Program-made: the position numbers and the translations under genes
The notes under the pieces: model-generated
Databases searched by the model: none
What the model was told of the DNA's origin: nothing
The model's input: only the letters and a program-made list of their open reading frames with translations
DNA from: an uncultured Prevotella sp.
GTDB lineage: Bacteria; Bacteroidota; Bacteroidia; Bacteroidales; Bacteroidaceae
Length of the DNA: 64,000 bases
Assembly: GCA_946628315.1 (NCBI GenBank)
Contig: CAMOWH010000001.1
Span: 939-64,938 of the forward strand
Reading direction: 5' to 3'
Shown: in pieces, positions 9,809 through 19,181 of the stretch
How positions within the stretch are numbered: position 1 is the first letter of the stretch
How the letters are laid out: each line of letters begins with the position of its first letter

Positions 9809-10861
9809 ATGGACACAATGCAATATACAAATGACGCTGTAGAGCTGTTGAAACGGCTTATCAGCACTCCGTCGGTCAGTCGTGACGAAACGGCTGCTGC
9901 CGACATCTTTGAGCAGCAGGTAAGGGAATGGGGATTGCCGGCCAGACGTATCGGCAATAATATCTTGATACACGAAGAACTCGATTCTCAGAAACCAACT
10001 TTGCTTCTTTGTGCCCATATTGATACGGTAAAACCTGTCAGCACCTGGACACGCGACCCCTTCACACCGACCATCGAGGGCGACCGCCTCTACGGCTTAG
10101 GGGCTAACGACTGTGGTGGAGGCTTGGTCAGTCTGCTACAGGTGTACCGCATCTTACGGGGACAGGACATCGCCTATAACTTAGTGTATCTGGCATCTTG
10201 TGAAGAAGAGGTCAGCGGTGAAGGTGGCTTCCGTCTGGCGTTGCCTGAACTGCCGAAGATAGATGTCGCCATTGTGGGTGAGCCTACCGGTATGCAGCCT
10301 GCCATTGCCGAGAAAGGACTCATGGTGATAGACGGTACAGCCTATGGCAAGAGTGGTCATGCTGCCCGCAACGAAGGGGTTAATGCCATCTATGAGGCAT
10401 TGGACGACTTGGTATGGTTACGCGACTACCGTTTTAAGAAGGAGAGTCCGCTGTTAGGTCCTACCAAGATGACAGTTACTGTCCTGAACAGCGGTACGCA
10501 GCACAATGTGATTCCCGACGAGTGCCACTTTGTGATTGATGTGCGCACCAACGAATACTATCAGAACGAATATCTGTTTGCCTTCCTGCAGAAACACATG
10601 AAGAAGAGCGAGCTCAAGGCTCGCTCCTTCCGGTTGTCTTCTTCTCATATTCCTATGGAACATCCTTTGGTCCAGCGTTGTGTGGCGATGGGGATGACGC
10701 CCTACGGTTCACCAACACTCAGCGATCAGGCGCTGATGCCTTTCCTTTCTCTGAAACTGGGTCCCGGGGAGTCGAGTCGCAGCCATACTGCAGACGAGTT
10801 TATCTGTCTGAGCGAGATAGAACACGCCATCCAGACTTACCTCCGGCTTTTATCTGCCTAA
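9809..10861 (+). CDS. M20 family metallohydrolase (ArgE-like acetylornithine deacetylase)
   Basis: HIDTV, GLGAND, EEE, VGEPT, GKSGHAA, SHTADE motifs. Confidence 0.85.
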   Translation: MDTMQYTNDAVELLKRLISTPSVSRDETAAADIFEQQVREWGLPARRIGNNILIHEELDSQKPTLLLCAHIDTVKPVSTWTRDPFTPTIEGDRLYGLGANDCGGGLVSLLQVYRILRGQDIAYNLVYLASCEEEVSGEGGFRLALPELPKIDVAIVGEPTGMQPAIAEKGLMVIDGTAYGKSGHAARNEGVNAIYEALDDLVWLRDYRFKKESPLLGPTKMTVTVLNSGTQHNVIPDECHFVIDVRTNEYYQNEYLFAFLQKHMKKSELKARSFRLSSSHIPMEHPLVQRCVAMGMTPYGSPTLSDQALMPFLSLKLGPGESSRSHTADEFICLSEIEHAIQTYLRLLSA

Positions 10862-12406
10862 CCAGCTCTCCGGATTCAGCTTGGCAGTTTCACGCCGTAG
10901 CTGAAACTGTAGGATGTTGTCTTGTCCGACGCGTCCTAAGGATTGTCGTATGCTGACTTTCTGCCCGCGGTGCACATTCACGCTGGCCAGATTGCAGTAG
11001 ACGGAGATATAACTTCCGTGACGCACCATCACAACCATGGTTCCTCCAAAGCTGAACACGGCACTGACTTCTCCGTCGAAGATGCTACGTGCCTGAGCAC
11101 CAGCCTCACCACGGATGTTGATACCCTTATTGTCGAGCGTCACATTACGCAGACCTTCTACGTTGTATTGTCCGAAATGGCTGACAATCCGGTAGGGACC
11201 AGTGATAGGAATGGGCAGACGGCCGCGGTTACCCTCGAAATTGCCGCTGATGCGCATGTCCTCCGTCGGAACTCTTAGGGCTTCGTCAGCCTCCTTGCGG
11301 GCGGTAGCCACCTCCTTGGCACGTTCGCGGTTCTCTGCCTCAGCACGACGCTCTTCGGCCAGTCGTTTTTGCTCTGCCTCGCGGGCCCTGCGCTCTGCCT
11401 CTTCACGTTCTCTCTTGTTCTTGGCTTCCAGTGCCTTTTTCTTCGCTTCTTCCTCGCGGGCCTTAGCCTCAGCAATGCGTCGTGCGTTCTCGCGTGCTAT
11501 ACGTTCTGCCTCGGCTTTCTTGCGGGCCAGCTCGGCAGCACGTTTTTTGGCGGCTTCGGCTTCTGCCCGGCGCTTGGCTTCTGCAGCGGCACGGGCTTTC
11601 TGGCGGGCAACCTCCTCAGCAATCAGACGGTCAATCTGGGCATTGAGAGCAGCGTCTTTCTTCTTTTGCTGTGCAATAATGTTCTGGATGGTTTTCTGCT
11701 CCTTTTGCAGCGTATTGACTACGTTCTGTTGTTCGGTCTGCTTACCCTCCAGCGAGCGACGTTCCTGTTCGCCTTTGCTCAGCAGGTTCCGCTTCTTCTC
11801 TTGTGCCACGCTCAGAGCCTGGAACTTCAGATTCACCTCTTCTTCCTTGGCCTTGACGGCATCACCTTGGGTACGCTGATAGGCAGCATATTCGCGCATG
11901 AAGCGCAACCGGCGGTACATCTGCGTCAGGTTGTCGGCACTGAAGATGAACATCAGTTGGCTCTGGGTGGAACGGTTGCGATGCATATAACGCATGGACT
12001 TGACGTAGTTCTTCTTGCACTCGTTGAGTTGTTCCTGCAGTTGTTCGAGTTGTGTGCCCAGCATTTCAATCTCGATGTCAAGGTTGGAGATGTCATGTTT
12101 GATTGTGTCTATGGTACGTCGTTTGCCCTCTATCTCCGTATTGATGACCATCAAGTTTTGCAGCCGTCTCTTGACGTCCCGCTCATTGTTGCGCAGTCGT
12201 TGCTCTTGCTCCTTGATTCGTTTCTGTATCTGCTGTCGCTGGTTCTGCAGTGTCTGCACCGAGGGTTGTTTAGCCGCTTTCTTGCCAGTCTTGCTTTTGG
12301 AAGTCACCGCAGTTTTCTTTACCGCCGACTTCTTGGCACGTTTTTGTTGTGCATGGGGAGCCAGGGTGAAGGCCAGTAACAACAGGATAATACCTAGTCG
12401 CTTCAT
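10850..12406 (-). CDS. EnvC-like murein hydrolase activator (coiled coil plus M23/LytM domain)
   Basis: Signal peptide, long coiled coil with E/R/K/A-rich segment, C-terminal degenerate M23 domain (NKGINI, VRHGSY, FQLR). Confidence 0.85.
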   Translation of the reverse strand: MKRLGIILLLLAFTLAPHAQQKRAKKSAVKKTAVTSKSKTGKKAAKQPSVQTLQNQRQQIQKRIKEQEQRLRNNERDVKRRLQNLMVINTEIEGKRRTIDTIKHDISNLDIEIEMLGTQLEQLQEQLNECKKNYVKSMRYMHRNRSTQSQLMFIFSADNLTQMYRRLRFMREYAAYQRTQGDAVKAKEEEVNLKFQALSVAQEKKRNLLSKGEQERRSLEGKQTEQQNVVNTLQKEQKTIQNIIAQQKKKDAALNAQIDRLIAEEVARQKARAAAEAKRRAEAEAAKKRAAELARKKAEAERIARENARRIAEAKAREEEAKKKALEAKNKREREEAERRAREAEQKRLAEERRAEAENRERAKEVATARKEADEALRVPTEDMRISGNFEGNRGRLPIPITGPYRIVSHFGQYNVEGLRNVTLDNKGINIRGEAGAQARSIFDGEVSAVFSFGGTMVVMVRHGSYISVYCNLASVNVHRGQKVSIRQSLGRVGQDNILQFQLRRETAKLNPESWLGR

Positions 12407-12415
12407 TTAAGTGTA

Positions 12416-13273
12416 TTAGAGTGACATGAATCGGTGCAGAATCTCGTCAATGGTGACCTGACGGTATTTGCTTGACACTTCCGTACGTGTCTCCCAGTTC
12501 TCGTCATTACCCAGGTAGTTGAAGATCATGCCCAGCTTGATTTCCTTCTCGGGAGTGGTAAAGCTGATCTTGTGGCCCATGGGGAAGTATTTGCGGCTGC
12601 TGATCTGGAAGTCCTCATAGTCCCAGTTCAGCTGGTAGTTGCCGCGGAACTTGTCACTATACATGATGTTGGCCATCTTCACGCGGGCGGTGCCATTTTC
12701 TGCCAGCCAGCGGTATGACAGTTTGCCGTCTTCCATGGCAATGATGGTGTCATCGTTGCCTACTTCAGTCTTGTATGACTTCAGCGACTCGTCGGTCACC
12801 TTCATCTTGCCAGGCTGGAACAGCTCGTTCCAGAACAGCGACTGTAGTACGAAGAAGTCAATGTGGCTGTTGCGCAGGAAGTCAACCTGTGCATAGGGCA
12901 CCTTCAGATAGAGCTTGTTGATGCGGTCCATAATCAGCACATACTCCTTGGTGAACTCCAGACGTCCGGCCTCTACGAAACCGAAGGCCATCAGCTGCAG
13001 GCGGATAACGTCGTCGCGCTTCATCTTCAGGTTGCCGGTGAGCGTCATCTGTCGGGCACCAACCTCAACGCTGAATTTTATCTTGGAGGTGATGAAACGG
13101 GCGTGCTGTGCGTTGTCAGTCACCTGCTGCAGGAATGCCTGCTTCTTCAACGTATCTGCATTGACCACTGCTGTCGGAGTCTCCTTCACAGCCTTGCGAT
13201 GGGTGCCGCACGCGGCGGCCACAGCCAGCAACATTGCCATAGCGGCAATCTTCGTAATACTTGATGCTTTCAT
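12416..13273 (-). CDS. DUF4292 family lipoprotein
   Basis: Lipobox AAAC; typical Bacteroidales dut-TPR-DUF4292-envC order; start at MKASSITK overlapping the TPR stop. Confidence 0.7.
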   Translation of the reverse strand: MKASSITKIAAMAMLLAVAAACGTHRKAVKETPTAVVNADTLKKQAFLQQVTDNAQHARFITSKIKFSVEVGARQMTLTGNLKMKRDDVIRLQLMAFGFVEAGRLEFTKEYVLIMDRINKLYLKVPYAQVDFLRNSHIDFFVLQSLFWNELFQPGKMKVTDESLKSYKTEVGNDDTIIAMEDGKLSYRWLAENGTARVKMANIMYSDKFRGNYQLNWDYEDFQISSRKYFPMGHKISFTTPEKEIKLGMIFNYLGNDENWETRTEVSSKYRQVTIDEILHRFMSL

Positions 13274-14994
13274 TCTTTTAGGTATTTTTTGAGTTTTATC
13301 TTTCGGATGAGTATTTGTTTGCGGTCGCCCTTGATTTCCGACTTCTCTGACGACCGGTCCAGTGCCTGTTGCCACAGGTTTACAGCTTTCTCCTTCTCGC
13401 CCACCTGATAATAGATGTCGCCGGCATGTTCCAGCAGCACCGACGATGAGTCCGAGTCACACTGCAGGGTCTGGTCTATATAGATGCGGGCCTCGTTGTA
13501 TCGCTTCTGCATGAAGAGAATCCAAGCATAGGTATCCAGATAGGTGGCATTCTTAGGTTCGGCCTTGATAGTGCGGTACGACATCTGCTCTGCCTTGTCC
13601 AGGTTCAGCCCCTTCTCACTCAGGTAGTAGGCGTAGTTGTTCAGGCAGCCGATGTTATCGTCCTTCCACTGCAGACACGAGTCGTAGGCAGCAAAGGCCT
13701 CCTGCTCACGACCCTTCTGGTGCATGATGTCGCCCATGACGGCATAGAAGTCAGAGACAATGTCGGGGTCGCTCTGGTCGTTGATGACGCTGATGCCATT
13801 CTGGAATGCATTCAGGGCATCGTCCAACTGTTCCTTTTGGTAGTACGCAATGCCTTGATAGTAGTAGAAAGCCATCTCGTCAGGATTATACTGACGGGCA
13901 TCACGGCAAAGGGCTATCACGCGGTCTTTGTCTTCCGCACGCCACGCGTAGCTGACCAGTTGCAGTCGGGCCGCAGCATTGTCGGGAGCTATTTCAAGCG
14001 CCCGTTCCAGCACAGGGCGTATGCTGTCTTCAGGCATCTTCTTCAGGTTCATGTAGGTAGCACAAAAGATGGCCATGTCTGCCTCGGCTTCAGGTTGACT
14101 GATCATTCGGTGGAACAGTCTCAGCACGCGCGTAGAGTCACCGCCCTGTTGCTCACTCTCGCTGATGACCTGTCGCATCAGCGCTACACGGTCTTGCAGG
14201 GTTGTCTGCTTGTTCAGCAGGATGCGGTCTGTCATCTGTTCCTGACGAAGTGTATCTTGCTGGTCGTGATAGTAGGCCAGCATGGCCAACTGTGCCATGC
14301 GGTTGTCGGGTTCCTCCTTCAAGATGCTGTCATACAGGGTGACGGCTTTTTGCTGTTGGCCGTTGCGGTAGAGCGTATTGGCATACATGCAACGGTAGTT
14401 GTAGTCGTTGGGATATTGGTCGGCCAGCTGTTTCATCTCGCTGATGGCAGCCTGTTTGTCACCTTTCTCCGTGTATAGCTGACTCTTGGCGAACGACAGC
14501 CGTTCGCTCTTGCCCTCCAGCGTCTCCAGCCTCGACAACGTGCGGATAGCATTGTCATAGTCCTGCTGCTGCTCGTAGAGTTGTACCAACATGCCTAAAA
14601 CATCATCTCGGTCATGCATCTTGTCGTAGAGTTGTTCCAGTGTTTCAGCTGCCAGTTTGAAGTCGCGTTGGTTGATATAGGCTTGTGCCAGTGTCTCCAG
14701 ATAGGTGGTGTTGCCGGGCTCCAGCTCTACAGCATGTTGGGCATAGGCCAGCGACTTGGCCTTGTTCTTCAGTGCAGCATAGTACTGCGCCAGGTAGTAC
14801 CACGCTTCCGACCGGGTAGAGTCTATCTCTATACAATGGCTCAGCAGGTCGAAGGCAGCATCACTGTTGCCCTTTTCGCGCTGGCAGATAGCCTCCAGGA
14901 AGAAAGCATCATAACGCTGCCCCTTGTCCTGCGAAAGACAGGGGACGCAGCACATGATTACTGCTGTCAGCAATATGTATTTTAGCTTTCTCAC
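13270..14994 (-). CDS. Tetratricopeptide-repeat protein
   Basis: Signal peptide, multiple TPRs, LNNYAYYL...[11 protein letters not shown]-terminal motif. Confidence 0.88.
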   Translation of the reverse strand: MRKLKYILLTAVIMCCVPCLSQDKGQRYDAFFLEAICQREKGNSDAAFDLLSHCIEIDSTRSEAWYYLAQYYAALKNKAKSLAYAQHAVELEPGNTTYLETLAQAYINQRDFKLAAETLEQLYDKMHDRDDVLGMLVQLYEQQQDYDNAIRTLSRLETLEGKSERLSFAKSQLYTEKGDKQAAISEMKQLADQYPNDYNYRCMYANTLYRNGQQQKAVTLYDSILKEEPDNRMAQLAMLAYYHDQQDTLRQEQMTDRILLNKQTTLQDRVALMRQVISESEQQGGDSTRVLRLFHRMISQPEAEADMAIFCATYMNLKKMPEDSIRPVLERALEIAPDNAAARLQLVSYAWRAEDKDRVIALCRDARQYNPDEMAFYYYQGIAYYQKEQLDDALNAFQNGISVINDQSDPDIVSDFYAVMGDIMHQKGREQEAFAAYDSCLQWKDDNIGCLNNYAYYLSEKGLNLDKAEQMSYRTIKAEPKNATYLDTYAWILFMQKRYNEARIYIDQTLQCDSDSSSVLLEHAGDIYYQVGEKEKAVNLWQQALDRSSEKSEIKGDRKQILIRKIKLKKYLKE

Positions 14995-15428
14995 TTCACT
15001 CCTGTGTGCCCATAGCCACCCTCACCGCGCTCGGTGGCATCCAGTTCCTCGACAACATCGAAGTCACCCTGCTCATGACGAGCTATCACCATCTGTGCAA
15101 TACGCTCACCGTCGTTCACCACGAAGTCCTGCTGTGACAGGTTAATCAGCACCACCCCAATCTCACCGCGATAGTCAGCATCGATGGTACCTGGACTGTT
15201 CAATACCGTCAGCCCATGCTTCAGAGCCAGTCCGCTACGCGGTCTTACCTGTGCCTCGTAGCCCTCAGGCAGCGCAATGTGCAGACCTGTCGGAATCAGC
15301 CTGCGCTCCAGTGGACGCAGTGTCACAGGCTCGTCCAGATTGGCCCGCAAGTCCATACCGGCGCTCTGGGGCGTGGCGTATGCAGGCAACTGTTGGTGCC
15401 CACGGTTTACAACCTTGATTTTAATCAT
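14991..15428 (-). CDS. dut: dUTP diphosphatase
   Basis: [35 protein letters not shown] motifs. Confidence 0.97.
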   Translation of the reverse strand: MIKIKVVNRGHQQLPAYATPQSAGMDLRANLDEPVTLRPLERRLIPTGLHIALPEGYEAQVRPRSGLALKHGLTVLNSPGTIDADYRGEIGVVLINLSQQDFVVNDGERIAQMVIARHEQGDFDVVEELDATERGEGGYGHTGVK

Positions 15429-15563
15429 CTTTTCGAAACGTTTCTTATTAATAATGTGCAAAGGTAGTTATTTCTTCTGAAACAACCAAACAAAACCGAA
15501 GAATAAAGTAACTTTTTCAGTAAGTTTATGATTCAAAGTCTTGGATAGTCATCAAAAATTTTG

Positions 15564-15571
15564 TATCTTTG
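15564..15571 (+). promoter_or_regulatory. Bacteroidetes -7 promoter box with no annotated downstream gene
   Basis: TATCTTTG followed by CA, with TTGG about 20 bp upstream; back-to-back with the dut promoter box (15459-15466, minus strand). Confidence 0.55.
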
Positions 15572-15748
15572 CACCGTCAGAGGACACTATCATGGTTACA
15601 GATAACACATTTAACAGATTTTTCTAAAGACTTCTCGCGTACCGCAGGCATACCTGCGTGTATTATTAAGTACATACGCGGTACGCGTAAAGTTTACGAT
15701 TTTTACTGTCAAATGTGTTATCTGTGTTTTTTAAGCAGTGCAGTAGAC

Positions 15749-15807
15749 AATAGAAGCCAAGTATTACACAATAGAAGCCAAGTATTGAATAATAAATGGC
15801 TTCTATT
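15749..15807. repeat. 21-bp-period repeat, three units, the last one inverted
   Basis: AATAGAAGCCAAGTATT at 15749 and 15770; AATAAATGGCTTCTATT at 15791. Confidence 0.85.
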
Positions 15808-15817
15808 TCTTCGTCTA

Positions 15818-16054
15818 TCAAGTCTTACGGAGGATTCCAACGATGACCAGCAGGTAGCCGCAGAGACACATGATGGGTGCAAGGACTATCCGACGGGCTG
15901 AGAACAGGTCGAGACAGAAAGTTTGTCCGGTGCTGTCTGGACCAGTCATTAGCGCATAGCCGGTGACTATCAATAAGCCCGCTAACAGGACGATACGTTG
16001 ACGAGTAATAGGACGGCAGTTAATCTTGGGGGTATTGCGCGATGTGGTGTTCAT
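15818..16054 (-). CDS. DUF3098-like small membrane protein
   Basis: Two TM segments around GYALMTG...FSARRIVLAP; overlaps the DUF2723 3' end. Confidence 0.65.
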   Translation of the reverse strand: MNTTSRNTPKINCRPITRQRIVLLAGLLIVTGYALMTGPDSTGQTFCLDLFSARRIVLAPIMCLCGYLLVIVGILRKT

Positions 16055-19049
16055 ATGGTTTGAAGTATTGTTGATAGATTTCATTTCGTTCAAATTGTGT
16101 CGACAGGGCGAGTGTCTGCTGCATGGTCTGGAGCCAGGAGTACTGGGAGTATAAAGAGCCTGCACGGCGAGACGGCTCAATTGTCTCTATCCACGATAGC
16201 CATTCGTCAGAACGACGAAGCAGATGACAGACAATCTTGTCGCCTTCTACGTCCTGTCCCGTCAGATAGTAACAACGAGCCATCATTAGGGCGGCATCCG
16301 TATAGGGAATATTCGTCTCGGGCATTTCTTGTTGCCATTTCCGGCATACTTCGGTTGCTCGCCTGGTGTCTCCTTGTTGTAACAATGAATCAATGAGGAC
16401 ACCCATCACTAGCTGGTGGGTATCAGCCAAGCGCTTCATGTCTTCATCGACGTAGATACCTGGTTGAGAGAGATTGCCGAAACGGAAGTGGTGCATCACG
16501 TTGTCATACAGACGTTCCGTGTCAACTTGCCTGCCCGTCGCGGTTGGAGAGACGCGATAGGCCAGACCTTCGAGCACCAAATGGTCGCGAAGGAACGACA
16601 AGTTGTCTGAACCAGAGTTGATAGAAATGTACACTGGCCGGTTCCAATCTGCGTGTGACAACATTTCGAGCACCATCATCTCGTTCTTAGAGACAGCTCG
16701 TTTGCCTTTTAACGAAATCGTCATTGTGACTTCGCCACTTGTGACGGTAACGCTGTCTGACGGAATACATTGCATTTCAGCCTCGTCGTTAAGCACCCAT
16801 CGCTGGATGATGTTTTTCAATTCAAAAGGCTGGTCGCCAAGCAGTTTTTTCGCTTCTTCCGGCTGCTGCGTCATCATGCTTTCTATTTCGGTTCTCAGTT
16901 CCGGGCGAATAGGAATATACTCTCTCCTGCCTTCCAGATAGTCCTCATGTCGCCAACTGATGGGGAGTGCCGGAGAATGGTAGGCCGGTCGTTTCATCTG
17001 GTCGATATACCAATCTGTCTGCAGGTATTCCATGTTGCAGCAGCGGGTATCGGTGCGCACTCCCTCTACCTCATGGTTATACCAAAGAGGGAAGGTGTCA
17101 TTATCGCCGTTGGTCAGGATAATGGGATAGCCCTCGCGCTGCATACTCTCCAAGTAGTTGGCACCAAAGTCACGACAGGTGTATCGGTCCGAACGGTCGT
17201 GGTCATCCCAAGTCTGACTTACCATTTGCAGGGGGACGAACAGACAACATAGAGCAGCACACGCAGATGCTGCCACACGTCTTTGTTTGTACATTTTTTG
17301 CATAATCCCAGTGACTGCTCCTACTCCTAATCCTATCCAAACGGCAAAGGCATAGAAGGAACCGGCATAAGCATAGTCGCGCTCACGCGGCTGAAGGGGT
17401 GTCTGGTTTAGATAGACAACGATGGCAAGGCCTGTCATCACAAACAACAGGGTGACTATCAGCAACTGCTGCCTACCCCGATATCCTCGACGCCACTGCC
17501 AGAAGATGCCTGCCAAACCTAACAGTAATGGCAACGCATAGAATGTATTGCGCCCTTTGTTCTGAGCCAAGTCCGAAGGAAGTTTTGAAGTATCGCAACC
17601 CAGTAGCCAGTCGTCTATCATGCTGATGCCTGTTATCCAATTGCCATGCTCTACTTCACCGTGGCCCTGGATGTTGTTTTGCCGACCTACGAAGTTCCAT
17701 AGGAAGTAGCGCCAATACATGAAGTTCATCTGATAGCTGATGAAAAAGCGCAGGTTCTCGGCCGTTGTAGGCAGATTGTCCTTCTTCTCGACACCTCCCA
17801 TCCAGTCCTCATAGGCCTTGGCATGGCGTTGGGAGTGCATACGGGGGAAGAACATGTTTTCCTTGTAAATGTAGTCAAAGTCGTGGCGTATCAGGTCATA
17901 GTGCTGGCGGGGCGAGTCTACTGCGGGCCGATAGATGGCTTTTCCTTCTTCCTGCTTGGCTACGAGATAGTCTTCTTTGGACTCGTAGTCTACTTCACTA
18001 CAATAGGCAGGACCATAAAACAGTGGCGTTTTGCCGTATTGTTCGCGGTTCAGGTAACTGCCTAACGAGAAGATATTGCCAGGCGAGTTTTCACACATCG
18101 GCGGATTGGCATTGGCACGGACGAAGATGACGCCATAGCTGCTGTAGCCAACTAACAGCATAAGCAGACAGAGCAGTGAGAGCTTATAGGCTCTCTTTTG
18201 CACTTTATTATAACATAGGACAAGCGCCCCGATGAGCAGGATGATGTAGCAAATCAGACCTGTATTGTAGGGGCAGCCCAATACGTTGGTAAACAGCAGT
18301 TCTGCCCATCCGCCGATGGTCACGATGCCAGGAATAATGCCATAGAGGATGACGCCGACCAACAAGGCACCAGTTGCAAAGGTCTTCAGCACACCGCTTT
18401 TGGTGACCTGTTTTGTCTTATGGAAATAGATGACAAACGACATGGCGGGCAGGCAGAGAAGGCAGAGCAGATGAACACCGATGGACAATCCGGTGATGTA
18501 AGCAATTAAAAGAATCCATCGGTCACTGTGAGGGTCGTCTGCCTCTGCTTCCCATTTCAATATCAACCAGAACATAAGGGCTGTCAAGAAACTGGAGAAA
18601 GCATAGACTTCTGCCTCTACCGCAGAAAACCAGAACGTATCGCTGAAGGTATAAGCCAATGCTCCCACCACGCCGCAGGCCTCAATGCTGATGACGGATG
18701 CTGTGGTGAGGTGATCACTTGCTGGACAGATGAGGCACTTGGCAAGATATGTAATGGTGAGAAAGAGAAACAAGATGCAGCCGGCACTTAGCAGTGCTGA
18801 CAGTAGGTTGACCATTTGGGCCACTTGTGACGGATTGCTTGCCAAATGGGAAAAGAGGTTAGCCATTAACATAAAGACAGGTGCACCAGGCGGGTGACCA
18901 ATCTCTAATTTGTAACCACACGCAATGAATTCAGGGCAGTCCCATAGGCTGGCTGTGGGCTCTATGGTCAGCCCATACACCATAGCGGCAATGGCAAACA
19001 TCAGCCACGCCATACAGGTGTTTAGTCGATTGAATACTGTTTGTCGCAT
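16020..19049 (-). CDS. DUF2723 polytopic membrane protein (TMEM260-like, putative protein O-mannosyltransferase)
   Basis: WDCPEFI, HPPGAP, WFSAVEAEVYA, RERDYAY, GDNDTFPLWY motifs. Confidence 0.85.
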   Translation of the reverse strand: MRQTVFNRLNTCMAWLMFAIAAMVYGLTIEPTASLWDCPEFIACGYKLEIGHPPGAPVFMLMANLFSHLASNPSQVAQMVNLLSALLSAGCILFLFLTITYLAKCLICPASDHLTTASVISIEACGVVGALAYTFSDTFWFSAVEAEVYAFSSFLTALMFWLILKWEAEADDPHSDRWILLIAYITGLSIGVHLLCLLCLPAMSFVIYFHKTKQVTKSGVLKTFATGALLVGVILYGIIPGIVTIGGWAELLFTNVLGCPYNTGLICYIILLIGALVLCYNKVQKRAYKLSLLCLLMLLVGYSSYGVIFVRANANPPMCENSPGNIFSLGSYLNREQYGKTPLFYGPAYCSEVDYESKEDYLVAKQEEGKAIYRPAVDSPRQHYDLIRHDFDYIYKENMFFPRMHSQRHAKAYEDWMGGVEKKDNLPTTAENLRFFISYQMNFMYWRYFLWNFVGRQNNIQGHGEVEHGNWITGISMIDDWLLGCDTSKLPSDLAQNKGRNTFYALPLLLGLAGIFWQWRRGYRGRQQLLIVTLLFVMTGLAIVVYLNQTPLQPRERDYAYAGSFYAFAVWIGLGVGAVTGIMQKMYKQRRVAASACAALCCLFVPLQMVSQTWDDHDRSDRYTCRDFGANYLESMQREGYPIILTNGDNDTFPLWYNHEVEGVRTDTRCCNMEYLQTDWYIDQMKRPAYHSPALPISWRHEDYLEGRREYIPIRPELRTEIESMMTQQPEEAKKLLGDQPFELKNIIQRWVLNDEAEMQCIPSDSVTVTSGEVTMTISLKGKRAVSKNEMMVLEMLSHADWNRPVYISINSGSDNLSFLRDHLVLEGLAYRVSPTATGRQVDTERLYDNVMHHFRFGNLSQPGIYVDEDMKRLADTHQLVMGVLIDSLLQQGDTRRATEVCRKWQQEMPETNIPYTDAALMMARCYYLTGQDVEGDKIVCHLLRRSDEWLSWIETIEPSRRAGSLYSQYSWLQTMQQTLALSTQFERNEIYQQYFKPYEHHIAQYPQD

Positions 19050-19071
19050 ATACTTTGCACGAATTTTCCGG

Positions 19072-19079
19072 CAAAGATA
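19072..19079 (-). promoter_or_regulatory. -7 promoter box for the DUF2723 operon
   Basis: TATCTTTG on the minus strand, 22 bp before the ATG. Confidence 0.6.
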
Positions 19080-19110
19080 GCAACAATACTTTTTTAGGAC
19101 GAAAAAACTA

Positions 19111-19173
19111 TCTGACATTTCTCTGACATTTTGTGTCAGAGTGTGGCACGCAATCTCTGACATTTTGTGTCAG
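19111..19173. promoter_or_regulatory. Candidate operator array: two CTGACA-N5-TGTCAG palindromes plus one half site
   Basis: Exact 20-bp repeat TCTCTGACATTTTGTGTCAG at 19120-19139 and 19154-19173; extra CTGACA at 19112, 11 bp before the next. Confidence 0.6.
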
Positions 19174-19181
19174 GCTACGTA

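Noticed and set aside
11202-12379. Long + strand ORFs (225 and 336 aa)
   Set aside because: Antisense to the low-complexity EnvC coiled coil
15569-15901. 110-aa + strand ORF behind the orphan promoter
   Set aside because: Its TTG start lies inside the promoter box and it runs through repeats; not protein-like
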